Below are positions 63,338 through 64,000 of a stretch of 64,000 nt of DNA, piece by piece; the first letter of the stretch is position 1; each line of letters begins with the position of its first letter. The position numbers and the translations under genes were made by a program. This stretch comes from Roseibacillus sp. (GTDB lineage: Bacteria; Verrucomicrobiota; Verrucomicrobiia; Verrucomicrobiales; Akkermansiaceae): contig JBPOGI010000001.1 in the NCBI GenBank assembly GCA_051251855.1, positions 1,376,001-1,440,000 of the forward strand. The letters are read 5' to 3'. Below the pieces are notes generated by a model, which was given only the letters and a program-made list of their open reading frames with translations, was not told where the DNA came from and did not search any database.

Positions 63338-64000
63338 GAGGTAATGGCTTTACGGGGTTTCTTTAGGAACGAGATCAACTTGTAGAGGAAGTGGCCAATC
63401 AGACCGGCCATTGAGATAAGAAGAGAGTAGAGAGGCCAGTGGTCGGCGGGGTTTCGAACCACCTCAAAGACCGAATAATACTCAGCTGGGTCCACTTGGT
63501 CCTGAGGACCCCAGTTCGCCTGGAAAAAGGTCCACCCTTCGCGACGCATGGGCTCGTTCATCTGAATCAAAACCTCTTCTGTATCATCCCCCTCCAGTCG
63601 AGTAACATCACTCTCATAGGCCGCGGCCCGATTGGTCCCTGGATCCCGCTCTACTCGAAAGTCATCCAACTGTACTCCGAATGGCAAAGGCCAAAGTTTC
63701 TTGCGCAATCGTAGGAGGTAGGGACGCCCATCCACCGTCACAGTAGCCGACTTCAGACTACGCGAAGCGAGTAGTAGCTCCTTCAAAGACTCACCCTCTT
63801 TCGTCAGAACCGAAACCTCGGCTCCCGACATATGCGCTTCCGTCTCTTTTTGACGCGCAAGCTTCTTCAAATAGAATCCATCCCGGACCGTTTCCCCCGC
63901 CATCGGAGGCACGAACTGAGCAGGGCTCACTTGCGCGTTTTCGTAAAGTTTCGTGACCTTCAAGTTGAACGGGAGGTCCGTCATCCGGAAGAGCCTCTCC
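63334..64000 (-). CDS. ResB/CcsB-like cytochrome c biogenesis protein, C-terminal part (5' end probably outside the window)
   Basis: LPFGVQLDDF...PGT..A.AYES.V, MNEPMRREGWTFFQA, C-terminal TM; overlaps the ccsA start. Confidence 0.75.
   Translation of the reverse strand, partial: ERLFRMTDLPFNLKVTKLYENAQVSPAQFVPPMAGETVRDGFYLKKLARQKETEAHMSGAEVSVLTKEGESLKELLLASRSLKSATVTVDGRPYLLRLRKKLWPLPFGVQLDDFRVERDPGTNRAAAYESDVTRLEGDDTEEVLIQMNEPMRREGWTFFQANWGPQDQVDPAEYYSVFEVVRNPADHWPLYSLLISMAGLIGHFLYKLISFLKKPRKAITS

Overview
Chromosomal window, most likely from a member of the Verrucomicrobiales. This is inferred from the ACIII/oxidase gene set, a planctomycete-type cytochrome c/LRR protein, a sulfatase and a Verrucomicrobia-style C-terminal domain. 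Bases 1-15.5 kb are one minus-strand respiratory cluster: actA-F (alternative complex III), a repeat-tailed membrane protein, a CcoN-like subunit missing its catalytic histidines, a CcoO-like cytochrome, a monoheme cytochrome c, an A1-type oxidase subunit I lacking the K-channel lysine, and a greatly enlarged subunit III. No CuA subunit II gene is present in the window, and two tandem Rex/CRP-type operators precede the cluster. Two genes are split by in-frame TGA codons followed by SECIS-like hairpins: an NAD-linked formate dehydrogenase alpha subunit, and an apparently unannotated exported thioredoxin-like selenoprotein with an EF-hand-like motif, just upstream of the ACIII cluster. Also present are a GT4 glycosyltransferase-PlcP-like fusion with a glycoside-hydrolase-like neighbour, a TPP riboswitch with thiC, a sigma54 promoter before glnB, an OxyR-like regulator divergent from a TMEM43-family gene, a WYL regulator/VOC pair, an atypical ClpX-like ATPase, several REP-like inverted repeats and housekeeping genes (aroA, cmk, plsC, tig, clpP, proAB, argS, ruvB, plsY, gpsA, ccsA/resB). 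No rRNA, tRNA, CRISPR array or transposase was recognised. All family assignments are from motif recognition, not database searches.
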